Below are positions 1-12,210 of a DNA stretch of 64,000 bases, one piece after another. Location: contig NC_043006.1 in assembly GCF_006345805.1 (NCBI RefSeq), positions 87,730,001 to 87,794,000 on the forward strand, in the 5' to 3' direction. Position 1 is the stretch's first letter. Each line of letters starts with the position of its first letter. The position numbers were made by a program, and so were the translations under genes. Below the pieces are notes generated by a model that worked only from the letters and a program-made list of their open reading frames with translations, had not been told where the DNA came from and searched no databases. The DNA comes from Octopus sinensis (lineage: Eukaryota).

Positions 1-289
1 AGAAAGAGTGGGTATGTGAAAGAAAGAGGGAGATGATGTACAATCTTGTTTTACCAAGTCTCTGACAGAAATTCCTGTCATCAACATACTGAACACTATC
101 ATTTTTGTTTTATTTTTGCTTTCTTTAGTACAAACACACACATACAAAATATGCTTTCATTGAAATAAAGTTTCCCCAAAATTAAACATTTCTAATATAA
201 TAAATGTGGATGTTAGTGTGTCATACTTTTTCAACTTTAATAAATCTTTTCTACTGGAAACACAAGGCCTCAAATTTTGGGGAAAAGGA

Positions 290-460
290 TTAAGTCAATT
301 ACATCGAACCCTGTATGTAACTGGTACTAATTTTATTGACCCCGAAAGGATGAAAGGAAAAGTTGACTTCAGCAGAAATCGAACTCAAAAGCTAACGGCA
401 GATGAAATACCACTAAGCATTTCACCAGGCATGTTAGCAATTTTGCCAGCTCACTGCCTT
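290..460 (-). mobile_element. tRNA-derived SINE family B, partial
   Basis: Reverse complement of the AAGGCGGCGAGCTGGCAGAA...TTGCCTTTCATCCTTTCGGGGTC family seen more completely at 7775, 26350 and 39100. Confidence 0.75.
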
Positions 461-540
461 AATATAATATGATAATTTAATATGATATAGTATGTGTCAG
501 TGTGTCACACTTTTTCAACTTTACCCCTAGCGGCCATAGC

Positions 541-815
541 TCTACATATAATATAATACTATTCTGGAATCAGGCTGACTCTGTGAGTAGATTAAAAACA
601 TTTCGGGTTGAACCCAGGCCCACAATCCTGAAATTTTGGATTCCCAATTTTTCATTACAATGATTGTTTTCAGCGATTTTTTTACATGACTTTTCGCAAC
701 AAATTTTTATGCATGATTTTTTGCAACGAATTTGATCATCATTGGGATACTGACTCTGGAGGAAGCAATTGCAACAAATTCTCCAAAACAAGTCAGAGAT
801 CTGTTTGCAGATCTT
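541..815 (+). mobile_element. Helitron 5' fragment with Rep/helicase remnant
   Basis: Begins TCTACATATAA (Helitron-like TC 5' end); 733-810 reads DHHWD-(shift)-LTLEEAIATNSPKQVRDLFA, resembling the Helitron RepHel D-x-HWD-x-TL-x-EA...SP..IR.LFA motif. Confidence 0.55.
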
Positions 816-1325
816 CCCACTCAGGGTCAGTTGCTTAAAGGCTATATACAAGGTTTTTACAGCTGGATGCCCTTCCAAATGCCACCCACTTTACAGTGTG
901 GACTGGATGCTTTTTAAATGGCATCTGTACAAAGTGGAAATATGTGGAAGAGATGTAGTTTGGTTTGTTGTAGTAGGATGTGTGAGAAGATTTCCTGTTA
1001 AGTGTGGGTGGGACACAGTGCTTTTAGAACTCAGTTTCACTGATGTGAGCAGGTCTTCTCAAGAACCTCATATTTATTTCTTTATTGCCCACAGGGGGCT
1101 AAACGTAGAGGGGACAAACAAGGACAGACAAAGGGTTTCACTCGATTACATCGACCCCAGTGCAAAATAGACTGATAGAACAAGTAATAGTCTTACAAAT
1201 AATAAGCCCATGGGTTGATTTGTTTAATTAAACGCAGTGTCCCAGCCTGGCCAGTCAAATGACTGAAATAAGTGAAAAAGGAAGAATAAAAGAATATTTA
1301 TGTATATATCATCATCATCGTCATT

Positions 1326-1360
<35 letters not shown>

Positions 1361-1365
<5 letters not shown>

Positions 1366-1926
1366 AAATAAGAAAATGGAGAAATACATCGAAATCAAAT
1401 ATCAATTACCAGATAATACTCAATCACATACTTTATTAAACCACCACATAAGAAACTATAAAGTTAAACATAATAATGTAGGGCAAAACAGTGTACATAA
1501 AAGAGTAATGTTATACAATAAGTAGAATATGTATAAGAGAAAATAAATATAAGTACACATAAATATAAATATAGACTACATCTTACAGCTGTTTCGGCCA
1601 TGTAGATAAGTATGTCTCATTTTACTTATATTAGCCATTTATGGTAGGTCAATATGTAGTTATAAATGAGACATTTACAAAAATATCCTAAGGCCTCTTC
1701 GGAGATTATGTGATACAAATCAGATTACATACATACTTATATAGGTGTGGGTACATACCCATAATAAAACATATACATATATATATGAGTGCATATACTC
1801 ATACTCCTATACATATAAATATACATATACATTTATGTATTAACTTTGTTGGGTACTTCACTAGCAGTATATTGGATATATGTTATCCCATGGAGGGTTG
1901 CATTTACAACCCCTATCTCAATTTGT
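1361..1926 (-). mobile_element. Short hammerhead-bearing repeat (Penelope-like terminal repeat or non-autonomous element) between (TA)n tracts
   Basis: Both ends recur, joined, at 42849-43021; contains the hammerhead motif at 1580-1706; flanked by (TA)n on both sides. Confidence 0.65.
1580..1706 (-). ncRNA. Type I hammerhead ribozyme-like motif with very long stem II
   Basis: Minus strand: ATCT-CCGAAGA-GGCC-(~92 nt hairpin incl. ATGTCTCATTT/AAATGAGACAT)-GGCC-GAAA-CAGCTG-TA-AGAT; palindromic stem III, GUA site, U4C core variant. Confidence 0.7.
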
Positions 1927-1950
1927 ATATATATATATATATGTTTGTGT

Positions 1951-2286
1951 GAAGGTGCATGGCTCAGTGGTTAGAATATCGAGCTTACAATCGTGAAGTT
2001 GTGAGTTTGAATCCTGGACCGGACTGCATGTTGTGTTCTTGAGCAAGACACTTTATTTCACGTTGCTCCAGTTCACTCAGCTGTAGAAACGAGTTGCGAC
2101 GTCACAGATGCCAAGCTGTATTGGCAATTGCCTTTCCGTTAGATAACACTGGTGGCATGGTGAGGGGAGGCCTGTATGCATGGGCGACTGCTGGTCTTCC
2201 ATAAATAACCTTGCCTGGACTTGTACCTGGGAAGGTAACTTTCTAGGTGCATTCCCACGGTCAGTCATGACCGAAGGGGATCTCAG
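1951..2286 (+). mobile_element. tRNA-derived SINE family C
   Basis: A box TGGCTCAGTGG, B box-like GTTTGAATCC, then TTGTGTTCTTGAGCAAGACACTTTA; 3' half recurs inverted at 28585-28780. Confidence 0.8.
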
Positions 2287-4399
2287 CATACACACCCACA
2301 CATACGTAGACAAGGTTACATTTGCTGCTGCTTCCCTCATCAGTTTGATTCCTTATCTCTCCATCACTCACCTTTTTTTTTTTCTCACTGCACTATGCCA
2401 TGTAACAAGGGATTCTTCTGAACTAACTTAAACCAAATCCCTCCTGCCATCCTTTAGTTTTGTGAAGGATATGAAAACCTTTCTAATGATAGTGCCACAA
2501 CAAAATGCACTAAATAAACACCAGATGGTTAATCATAGGCCGGGTATCCAGCTGTAGAAGCTAAACTAAAAATGAAGTGTACAAGTGACATGTGGTCCAA
2601 CAGCCCAACTAAGTGGTTAAACAGACGAAATATGAATTTGACTTGGATTGTGGCGATCTGCACAATAAACACCAAGATGGAAAGTAGATGGAAAATGATG
2701 CTCATACAGATGCAGGTACACATCGTCATTTTTACATCTGCTTTTCTCTTTGGGTATGGTTTGGAAGGCACTATATGATCAGATACCCTTCTTGATGCTA
2801 AATTTTGTTTAGCCACTAGTCATGACTGGTTATGCAGACCTATGATTAAAGATACTCCAGTTGCGAATGTACTATCTTTTTTATACTATGCCTAGGACTA
2901 CATTATCTAATGTGTACTTTCCTTATTTAAGATGGCTGCTATTTCTGGCATGTTAGGCAATTGCGTAAATACCCCCACATTGGTTCTTATTGAAACAACA
3001 CTAAAAGGATGAAAGGTAAATCCACAAAGTGATTCAAACCCAGAATATGAACAATCATAAATATGAGTCATCAACATTGAAATCAAAATGAATTTTATTT
3101 ATTTGTAGAAGAGATAAATAGTTAATGAGAATTGATAACTAGATTTCTCTTATCTTGGTTTAAGCCCTGTTTTAGTGATATATATATACACACACACACA
3201 TATGTATGTATGTCTCTTCTGTATTTAATTATTTAAATTCTTCCTCTGAAGAAGGAGCTGGTTTCTAACAAAGATATAAAGCTGCATCTTTGGAATATAG
3301 ATAACAAAAACAATATCACATTTTAAACCTGAGAAAAGTCTCACATAGCTTTACTCATCTGCTGCATGTGTGTGTGTATGTGGATGAATAAACTGAAATG
3401 ATATATTAATGGTACTTGAATTTTTTAAACAACTAATGAGTTTTAATCTGCTAAAGGTGAAATTTCACATTAAGCACCTTATAACAACTATTCTAAAATT
3501 CTAATATCTGAACAAGCCAAAACATTCACAAAATATTAATACTAGAAAAATACGACTGCTAAACGTTGGAGACAATGACTAAACATTGATACTGTAGAGA
3601 AAAATACAACAATGATGAAAGAACAATGGTTAATGAAATTGTTTGACAAGGTCTGAGTAAAAGTTACTGAATAGTGACATGGGTGTCAAACACAAGCATG
3701 ATTTTGTAGCATTGATAATTGTTTTCAGCACTTATGTAGTCCTCCCATACTTGTGCCAATAGAATATCCAGGATGTGATAGCTGAAGCATCAGCACTTGG
3801 GCTGGTATTTATTTTAAAGAGAAAAGATTGGAGGAGCAATGTGAAATAAAATACATTAAGAAGACATTATGCTATTCAGTCCAGTAGTATTTTAGAAGTA
3901 GAAGGTGCATGAACTGGTTAGGATGTTGTGCTTACTGGGATTGTTATCTGAGATTTGAAGGTGCATGACACTAGTTTAGTTAGATTTTTATTGGTTTATT
4001 TTTTTAATGTCTCAGAGGAAGAAGGGCAGTGTCTATGATTACTGAAACTGGTGGGAGGAAAGGAAAAAATTATGTTTTCTAACAGTGAAATGCTAATGAC
4101 ACCTAAAAGACAGGTGATGATGTAGAAACTGGTTGACAGTGAGTCATGGTTAAGGACACCAAAAGGACAGGTGCTGGTGTTGTATTAGGCAATGAATTAA
4201 GTCTTCCTCAGATGAAGATGAGTAGTCGACAGACTTCCATGCAATTTCCATCTGTCAAATTTCATTCACAACTCACTACTTTATTAGAAGACTTTTGTTC
4301 AAGATTCAGCACAGTGGGATCAAACCCCAAACCATGAACTTGTGAAGCAAACAAAAATAGCATCTAGAAACGAAAATATTGAATTAACAAAATCAAAAA

Positions 4400-5400
4400 C
4401 ATCAGTCATCTTCTAAAGTGCTGACAAGTAACTTGTTAACCAACAATACACAAAATCTTGATATGTATAACTTCGCGGATGAGAGTATCTTGTCAGAAGA
4501 GCTGAAAGAGTGTTGCTGATAAAACATGGAATCAAAAAGAATTTTTGCTAAAACTGAGCAGTTATTGAAAACAACTAATTCAGAAACAAAAATCTAAGCA
4601 TGGCATGGATTGAGAAACCATTATCTGAATAGTCTCACTACTAAGAAGTGGAGACATTGTACATCAACAAAACAACCCTGGTACAGTAACAGCATATCAA
4701 CAATGTCATGGTAAAATGGAAAATATCATTAACAATTTATGATAACAGAAGATAAAGTAGCCATATCCTTGTAAGAAGAAGAAATTAGTCTTCATTACAT
4801 TGTTGTCTAGCACTGAATAAACATATTTACTACACCAAACCATCAATGGTTACAAATGCTGCAGACAAACTATAAATCATGTTCTTGTGATTTCAAAAAT
4901 AAAAGAGAAACCACAATTAATAGGGAATTAATTCAGCAGTAATTTCAAAATGAATATCAGATTTAGACTCAACATACAACAAATGTGTCTCAAAGCTACC
5001 ATAAAAAAAGACAAATTAATTAAACTCAAAATACTACAAAAGATATCCTCTCTCTTTGCATATATATATATCTATATATATATATTAACAGTATGATACA
5101 CATTAGAAGCTTAATACCTCAACAGAATAGATTTAGATAAAGACAAAACGACCGGGGAATGTAACAGAAGAAATAAAAAAGATAAATTTAAACCAAAACT
5201 CAAAAATACATAAATAAATAAAACTAATGAACAAGGAGGAAAGAAGATCCTGCTTAGGGTCAGTATATTCTGCAAGATTTGACAGATAAGAAGTGATCCA
5301 TTATGGAAGCCAATGATGGCTTAAAAGCTCTGGACTGAAACACAGAAATGGAAGATTTTGATTTTATCTACAAAAACATGAATGGCAAACAACATAGAGC
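4400..5400 (+). pseudogene. Highly decayed non-LTR reverse transcriptase, similar to the R4/Dong copy at 12.2-14.8 kb
   Basis: Collinear remnants NLSMAWI (4591), CCLALN (4800), TINH (4870), IRFRL..KC..KAT (4955-5000) parallel NLSIAWID, FCLAL, NINHL, MQFGLDKCAKAT of the intact copy. Confidence 0.45.
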
Positions 5401-5949
5401 TACCAAAATAAAATACTGGAACAAAAGACTTAGATCGACTTTCCAGTCTTCATGAAGATAATTTACTCAGCAAACTGAGTAAGTAGGTATATTCTTTGGG
5501 CAATAGTTACAATTGAAAACAAATAGTACAAGCAAGCTTCAATGCTAGTATGAGGCAATAACATGGCTATGCTCATATCGACTGATTGGGAAATCAGAGT
5601 GAATCACTCAAATATTGTAATGAAAGAAGTCAAAAATGTACTCAGCCTTCTGATATTCAACCATTACATTACTGCAACAGAGATATAAAAAAAAATCCAT
5701 TAAAGTTCAAACACTTCAAACTAGAAATGAGCAATGGTGTCAGTGGAACCACAGAGTTTATTTGAAGCTACACAACATTCATGAGGTCTACCTGAATATT
5801 TTTCTTATTTTTCCTATTTACATAGCATTTCTTTCCAGGATGGCTCACCTATCATGTTTTTCTATAGTTGCCACTCTTTCAATTTTCCAATTCATTGTTA
5901 CATGCAGATACAGCATGAAATATCTTTCCCCTGTGAACTTTCTATCATG

Positions 5950-6140
5950 ATAGCCCTGACTAAGCCATTCCACTCATGACCATCCCTTCATTGTTTGTAT
6001 AACTATGACTACATTCTGTTATATGTGCTTTTATTTTTAAGATGATAGGATGTGATTTGAGAGAAATTTGGCTGCTATTTTTAGTAGAACAAGTAATAGT
6101 ATAGATGTTTTCTTTATCACATATGTCCTCATTATTGGTA
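5950..6140 (+). repeat. Dispersed ~190-bp repeat family (GATTTGGCTGCTATTTCTAGCA core), representative copy
   Basis: Related degenerate copies near 2820-2990, 7380-7600, 30370-30425 (-), 31075-31140, 33780-33960, 35295-35490, 35805-35915, 36225-36420, 56790-56930. Confidence 0.6.
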
Positions 6141-7774
6141 ACGTTTTTATTATAAGTATTATAATTTTTGTCCTTGTAAATGTTACTATTATTTGGACAA
6201 TTGTACTGAATACTCAAAATATTCCTATTTGAATTCCTGTCAACCAATAACTGCATTGCAAAGAGTTTCTGCTGTGAAGGCAGAAATAAAATAAAATAAA
6301 ATAGATAAATAAATAAGAAATAGCAATTTACAGTATTTTTCCCTCTAAATGGTGAGGTAATATTACAACTCAACTCTCCTCTTCGATATGATAATAAAAT
6401 AAACATAATAAATCTAACTTATGTTAAAGAAAACAAATATTATAACTAATCAAACAGAAGTTGCTTGAGGACATCTTTCTGTAGAAAATTGGACAACAAC
6501 AACAACGACAACATCTTAAAAGCAAGAGTTAGAAAAAGAAATAAACTACCTTTACAAAGAAACATGAAATTCATTTTAACTTCTATCAAAGAAGTATGAC
6601 TAATATGACTGATTCTGAAACAGTAAACTTCACTAAAGTGAGAAAACAGTATAAGAAAAGAAAATAATAACTTGTGGGTTGTTAATATGGAAAGCAAAAG
6701 TATCTATACACCTTATAAACATCCTACTACAGAATATAGTGTTGATTTGGGAAAACAGAGAGAATCAACCAAATATGATAAACCTAATATGATGTTAGAT
6801 AAAACATACCAGTCAAGATAGGATTAGTGTATGAAATGCAGTAAACAAAAAATGTTTTCTATAAAAAGTACATCCACAATAAAAATCATTAGCTATTATT
6901 CATTAATGTCAAGAAAGACAAGGGAGATAAATATCAGGATTTAAACTTCTTAAAATGAGAAAGCAGGAGGTAGTACACCCAAGATTTGGCAGATATTCGG
7001 CAACAGTATTTTAGAGTAAAGATTGTTTGCCAACATACATGGCTGTCCTGGTTTAGGACAAATGTTACTGTAATTTAGCTCCAGAAGACATCATCTCCAG
7101 GTGGCTATACAACACGATCTGTGTCCTTATATTTTCAAACAAGGGTATCTAGTACCCCCACCCAACTTAAAACAATATCTGTGTATTGTGATTTCTGGGT
7201 TACTTCACTTCATCAGTACAGGATAATTGTCCAGCTAGAGGATACTAATTTATGTTGTACAGCTTCTTGGTCAAGTAAATTTTCCCATAGTCTCCTGTCC
7301 ATCAAAGCCTTAAGAGTAAAGTATAGTGGGTGGAAAATGTGTGGAATCCCGTCGTGTGTGTGGGGGGGGGGGGGTTTGCTGTTATGTAGCCCAAGTTCAG
7401 CCTTGATCAACCAGATAGTGATAAAAGGCATTTCAGCTATGACTATTTCATCTCTTTCCTATAAACATGGGAGCCTAAGACTAGACTGTCTAATAATGAG
7501 TCCTTTTCTGAGATGATGAGGTGTGATTTGATGAAAATTTAGCTGATATTCTTAACCAGTCAAGTGATCAAGAAATTGAGTCTTTCATTATCTTCTTTGT
7601 TGATTTAATATATAGTTGTGGGAGAATGCACAATCAGTAGAGCATTCTGCAAAAACAGCATTTGGTCATGCCTCTTTATGTTCCAGCAACATACTTTATT
7701 TATTCAGATTGATTTTGCCTTTCTTCCTTCGAAAATAAACAAATTAGGTACCAAACCAAGTTTTGATATCAATA

Positions 7775-8010
7775 TATATTTCTTTACTACCCACAAGGGG
7801 CTAAACACAGAGGGGAAAAACAAGGACAGACAAATGGATCAAGTCGATTATATCAACCCCAGTGCATAACTGGTACTTAATTTATCGACCCGGAAAGGAT
7901 GAAAGGCAAAGTTGACCTCGGCGGAATTTGAACTCAGAACATAGCGACAGAGGAAATGCAGCTACACATTTCGCCCGGTGTGCTAACGTTTCTGCCAACT
8001 CGCCGCCTTC
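7775..8010 (-). mobile_element. tRNA-derived SINE family B, near full length
   Basis: Minus strand AAGGCGGCGAGTTGGCAGAAACGTTAGC...GAGTTCAAATTCC (B box)...TTGCCTTTCATCCTTTCCGGGTCGATAAATTAAGTACCAG...AGCCCCTTGTGGGTAGTAAAGAAATA; central block resembles Deu/Nin-type SINE domains (from memory, unverified). Confidence 0.85.
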
Positions 8011-9620
8011 CTTTGATATCAATATAATCAATTAAAATCCTCGGAGGTGGTGCTCCAGCATGACCACAGTTCAATGACTAAAGCCAGAAAATGAATAAAT
8101 GTATAAATTATATGAATCCCATTAATAGACTGAAATGTTAGTCATACCCATTACCAATAAGAGATTAGTCTATAATGGTTCAATTTATAGTGATAATAGC
8201 TAAAACTATGTTGACAGCCATTTACAGTTATTTTAAATTCATTGTGCAATGATATATTAAGTTATGGGTATTCTAATTATTAAACAGGTAAGATTGCAAA
8301 TTAGAAAATAATTAAAAATGAATTTACACTGTTAATAAAGCAATAATTAACAACGTTGATAGAAACAGAAAAGTCCTGGAATTAGTATTTTCACATCGTA
8401 CCAATCTTAAGTTCACATTCCACCTCAACCAGACTGAGTTTAACTGTTGATCTATGAAAAAGCAAGTTGATAGAGTAACTAGAATGTTTTGGTGAGTTCA
8501 TAACTTTCAGTTAAAATCCTCAGTAGTTTGACCTACTGAATCAATGTCCAATACCAGATTAATAAAAGCACAGAGGAGCAAATTGTCAAGACATTCATAT
8601 TGACCTACAGAAATTGTTAATAAAATATAAAAACATCTGAGAGATAACTATAAACTGGAAATTCTGGCTGAAATATTTATTAGTATCATGAGACAAATGT
8701 GTGAAGAAATTATCTGTTATAGGAATGGCTTTTTTGTTTTTAACTAGACAATATAAGAGATATTATTTAAAAATGTTAGTAGTGTCTTGTTAGTGGTAGA
8801 TATTCTCAACTGTTTTTGACAATGTAAAATCCGAAAATGACACATTCCTCTCAGGTACTTATCTTACAAAAACTAATTGAAACAATAAATCTTTTAATAC
8901 ATTTTTCTAATGTTTCTCCAGTATCTATGTCTATACAATTTCCTAAATATTCATTTCATGGACGTATCACAGAATGTTTTTTAATGCCTTTTGTTTTTGT
9001 GTGTTTATATTTGTGCATAAAAGATCATGAAAATGATAGAATATAGCCTAATGGTTAGGGTGTTCAGCTTACAATCATATATCATGGTTTCAGTTCCTAG
9101 ACTGGGCAATACATTGAGTCCTTGAGAAAGCTATCTCATTTCACATTGCTCCAGACTATTCAGATGCAAGACAGCAGATGCATCCTAGATGAGCCACTGG
9201 GCCAAAGAATAGGAGAGCCTAGTGGATGTCGTGATCTACTCACAACTACTTAAGCACCTAAATCAATTAGCAAAAGAATGGTATGTGAGACCAAGCCATC
9301 TTTGCTCATGGGTGACAGCTGGCACAAAAAAGTTCACAGAAGGAAGAGCAGATAGCAACAAAACCATGCAACTGCTTTGGTTGCTTAAATTTATTGGGAA
9401 TATATTGTGATTGGGTGACACAGAAGAATCATTCATATATATACTACTGCTTTGGTTGTTATGAATAGTTGAAATTAAATTATGACATAGTGGCACAGCA
9501 AGGAATCAGGTAGAAATTGTGATAATCAAACAGAAGATATAATTTTGGGTTTTAATAAGTTAACTGGAATGTACAGAGGGAAATTTTACATTTGACATGT
9601 GTTTTTCAAATTTTTTTTAT

Positions 9621-9837
9621 TCTTTTACTTGTTTCAGTCATTTGACTGCAGCCATGCTGGATCACTGCCTTTATTCAAACAAATCAACCCCAGGACTTAT
9701 TTATTGTAAGCCTAGAACTTATTCTATTGGTCTTTTTGCAAAACCACTAAGTTATGGGGATGTAAACACACCAACATAGGTTGTCAAGTGGTGCTGGGGG
9801 ACACACACAAATACATACATGTATGTATGTATGTATG

Positions 9838-9868
<31 letters not shown>

Positions 9869-9869
9869 C

Positions 9870-9900
<31 letters not shown>

Positions 9901-10060
9901 CAGGCTTCTTTCAGTTTCCATCTACCAAATCCACTCACAAGGCTTTGATCGGCCCATGGCTTTAGTAGAAGACACTTGCCCAAGGTGCCATGCAGTGGGA
10001 CTGATCTTGGAACCATGTGATTGTGAAGCAAGCTTCTTACCACACAGCCACTCCAGCACC
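9621..10060 (-). mobile_element. tRNA-derived SINE family A (CORE-like) with internal (TA)n
   Basis: Matches copies at 25131, 27236, 33050, 37350, 38345, 42443: GGAGTGGCTGTGTGGTAAG...CCTTGGGCAAGTGTCTTCTACTA...GACTGAAACAAGTAAAAGA. Confidence 0.85.
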
Positions 10061-10107
10061 TGTTGTTTCTTATTCTACTAAATTTACAGAACAATATAAT
10101 AATGTAT

Positions 10108-11310
10108 AAGGGTAGGTTGAGAAGTTCAAAGGCCAGAGCTGTGAATTAATTTTGGATACATTAATTCTAACCCTTCTGATTAATAACTACATTGTTTTTT
10201 TTACAGGTAAACTATCATCTGACTACTCAAAGAATACTCCAAAATTAACTAGTAGTGACTTCTCTTGAAAACTGACAAAATTTGGCATCCTGGTATTATT
10301 AACTACCAACAGAAAAAAGTGGTTTAGCCCACAAGTACATTCATGGTGACATGGTTACTAGATTACGGGATGGTGCTCCAGTTTTATCAACAATGCAAAC
10401 TTTAGAAGGAGAAGGGACAGTCTTGAAGATGACCCAAGGTCTGGGCATCCTGCAACTGCCACCACCAAGGAAAACATGCTGATGGACGATAGGCAGTGGA
10501 CTATTCATTAAATAGCTAGTACTATTAGAATAACCCGTGAGAGAGTTGAGAGTATTCTGCACAATGAACTTGAGCTGACAAAGGTTTCTAGTCAATGGGT
10601 GCCATGTATTCTAACACCTGATCAAGAGTGCACCAGGCTGGTCATACCACTGGAAAAGCTGATATTGTTTCAGGCAGATCCAGCTGGTTACCATGAATGT
10701 TTCCTCAGCCAGGATGAGTGTTGGATTCATCACATTGTGCCAGAGGCAAAATGATAATCCATGCAGTGGAAACACCTCTCCTCACCTGCTTCAAAGAATG
10801 TCATGGTCATTTCATCTGCAAGGAAGGCGATGGCCTCAGTTTCTTGGGGGATGCAAAAAAAGGCCACACCATCAATGGAGAGTACTGAGGTAGGTACAAA
10901 AGGTGCTAAACACCCATGAAAACTGATGAAAGGGGTTTTGTTTCATCAGGAAAATGCTCCAGCACAGAAGTCCTGGCTTTCAATGGCTACTGTGCATAAT
11001 TGTAGTTTGAACTGGTTGATCACATTTCCTATTCTCCTGATTTGCTCCATCTGACTCTCATCTGTTCCCCCAAAACGGATAAAAACACTTGCCTAGGAAC
11101 CAACATTGCAGTGGTGATGATGTCATGCCTGCTGTAGATGAATTTTTGACCAGCAGAATGAAAGCTTCTTCACCCATGGAATCCAAGCACTGCAACACCA
11201 ATGGAAGAACTGTGTGAACAGCAAGGGGGACTATGTTGGAAAATAAACCTCATTTGGTCACAATCCATGAGAGTATCTTAGACAGCCTATGACCTTTTCA
11301 GCCAACCCTT
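10108..11310 (+). mobile_element. Decayed mariner DNA transposon
   Basis: Imperfect TIRs AAGGGTAGGTTGAGAAGTTCAAAGGC / GCCTATGACCTTTTCAGCCAACCCTT; disrupted transposase motifs WVP (10596), QDECWIHH, FHQENAPA, YSPDL, KNCVNSKGDYV. Confidence 0.85.
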
Positions 11311-11736
11311 TTAGAAGACAATATTTCGGATGAATTCTAAAGTGACAGCAAAAGAACTAGGCTTGTAAGCAACTGTGTGTGTGTGTGCGTGTGTGTGTGT
11401 GTGTGCATGCGCATCTCCGTTTTTCTTTTATCCTTTACAATTTAAGCTTTAGCTTTATGGACATGTGAAGCACTATATTTACAGAAAGGATTAACAGGGA
11501 AGACAAACAACAGTGATTAGTTGAAAAGCATCACATCAGTTTGTGGAAATTGTGTCAGATGTTTGCAGAAGATACTAAACTCAACAGAATACAAATTACA
11601 AGTATGTCATCTTCTTCAGTGATAATGTTCCAAAGATTCATGCCAATGTATAGTATTTAATCCATTCTGCTGAAATATATCTGACACTCCCACACTGCAA
11701 GGGATAATTGCTAAATTAGAAGTAAGATGAGAGAAT

Positions 11737-11935
11737 ACAGTTCTATATTTAGGAGATGAGGAATTATGTACATTATTTACATTTGATGGATATTTGTCCT
11801 CATCTTGTTCATTGTTAACACAACGTTCTGGCTGATATATCATCCAGCCTTCATCAGGTGTCTAGGGGAAATTTCAAACCTGGGTTCTCATTCCTAAGGT
11901 ATTTTTCGATGTTGTTATTATTATTATTATTATTT
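11737..11935 (-). mobile_element. Hammerhead-bearing short repeat, left arm of an inverted pair
   Basis: Reverse complement of 14838-14977; minus strand ACAC-CTGATGA-A-GGCTG-10nt-CAGCC-AGAA-CGTT-GTGT at 11818-11861 (GAAA mutated). Confidence 0.75.
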
Positions 11936-11966
11936 TTATTCAGGTCACTGCTTGGACTCGAACCTG

Positions 11967-12024
11967 AATAATAATAATTATAATAAAAAAAAAAAATAAA
12001 TAATAATAATAATAATAATAATAA

Positions 12025-12055
<31 letters not shown>

Positions 12056-12210
12056 AAGAAGAAGAAGAGAAGAAGAAGAAGAAGAAGAAGAAGAAGAAGA
12101 AGAAGAAGAAGAAGAAGAAGAAGAAGAAGAAGAAGAAGAAGAAGAAGAAGAAGAAGAAGAAGAAGAAGAAGAAGAAGAAGAAGAAGAAGAAGAAGAAGAA
12201 GAAGAAGAAA
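11967..12210 (+). repeat. Compound (AAT)n/(GAA)n microsatellite
   Basis: About 60 bp of AAT repeats followed by about 180 bp of near-perfect GAA repeats. Confidence 0.97.

Noticed and set aside
570-878. Cys-rich minus-strand ORF resembling a toxin-like peptide
   Set aside because: Opposite strand carries Helitron motifs, and the ORF start lies in another repeat
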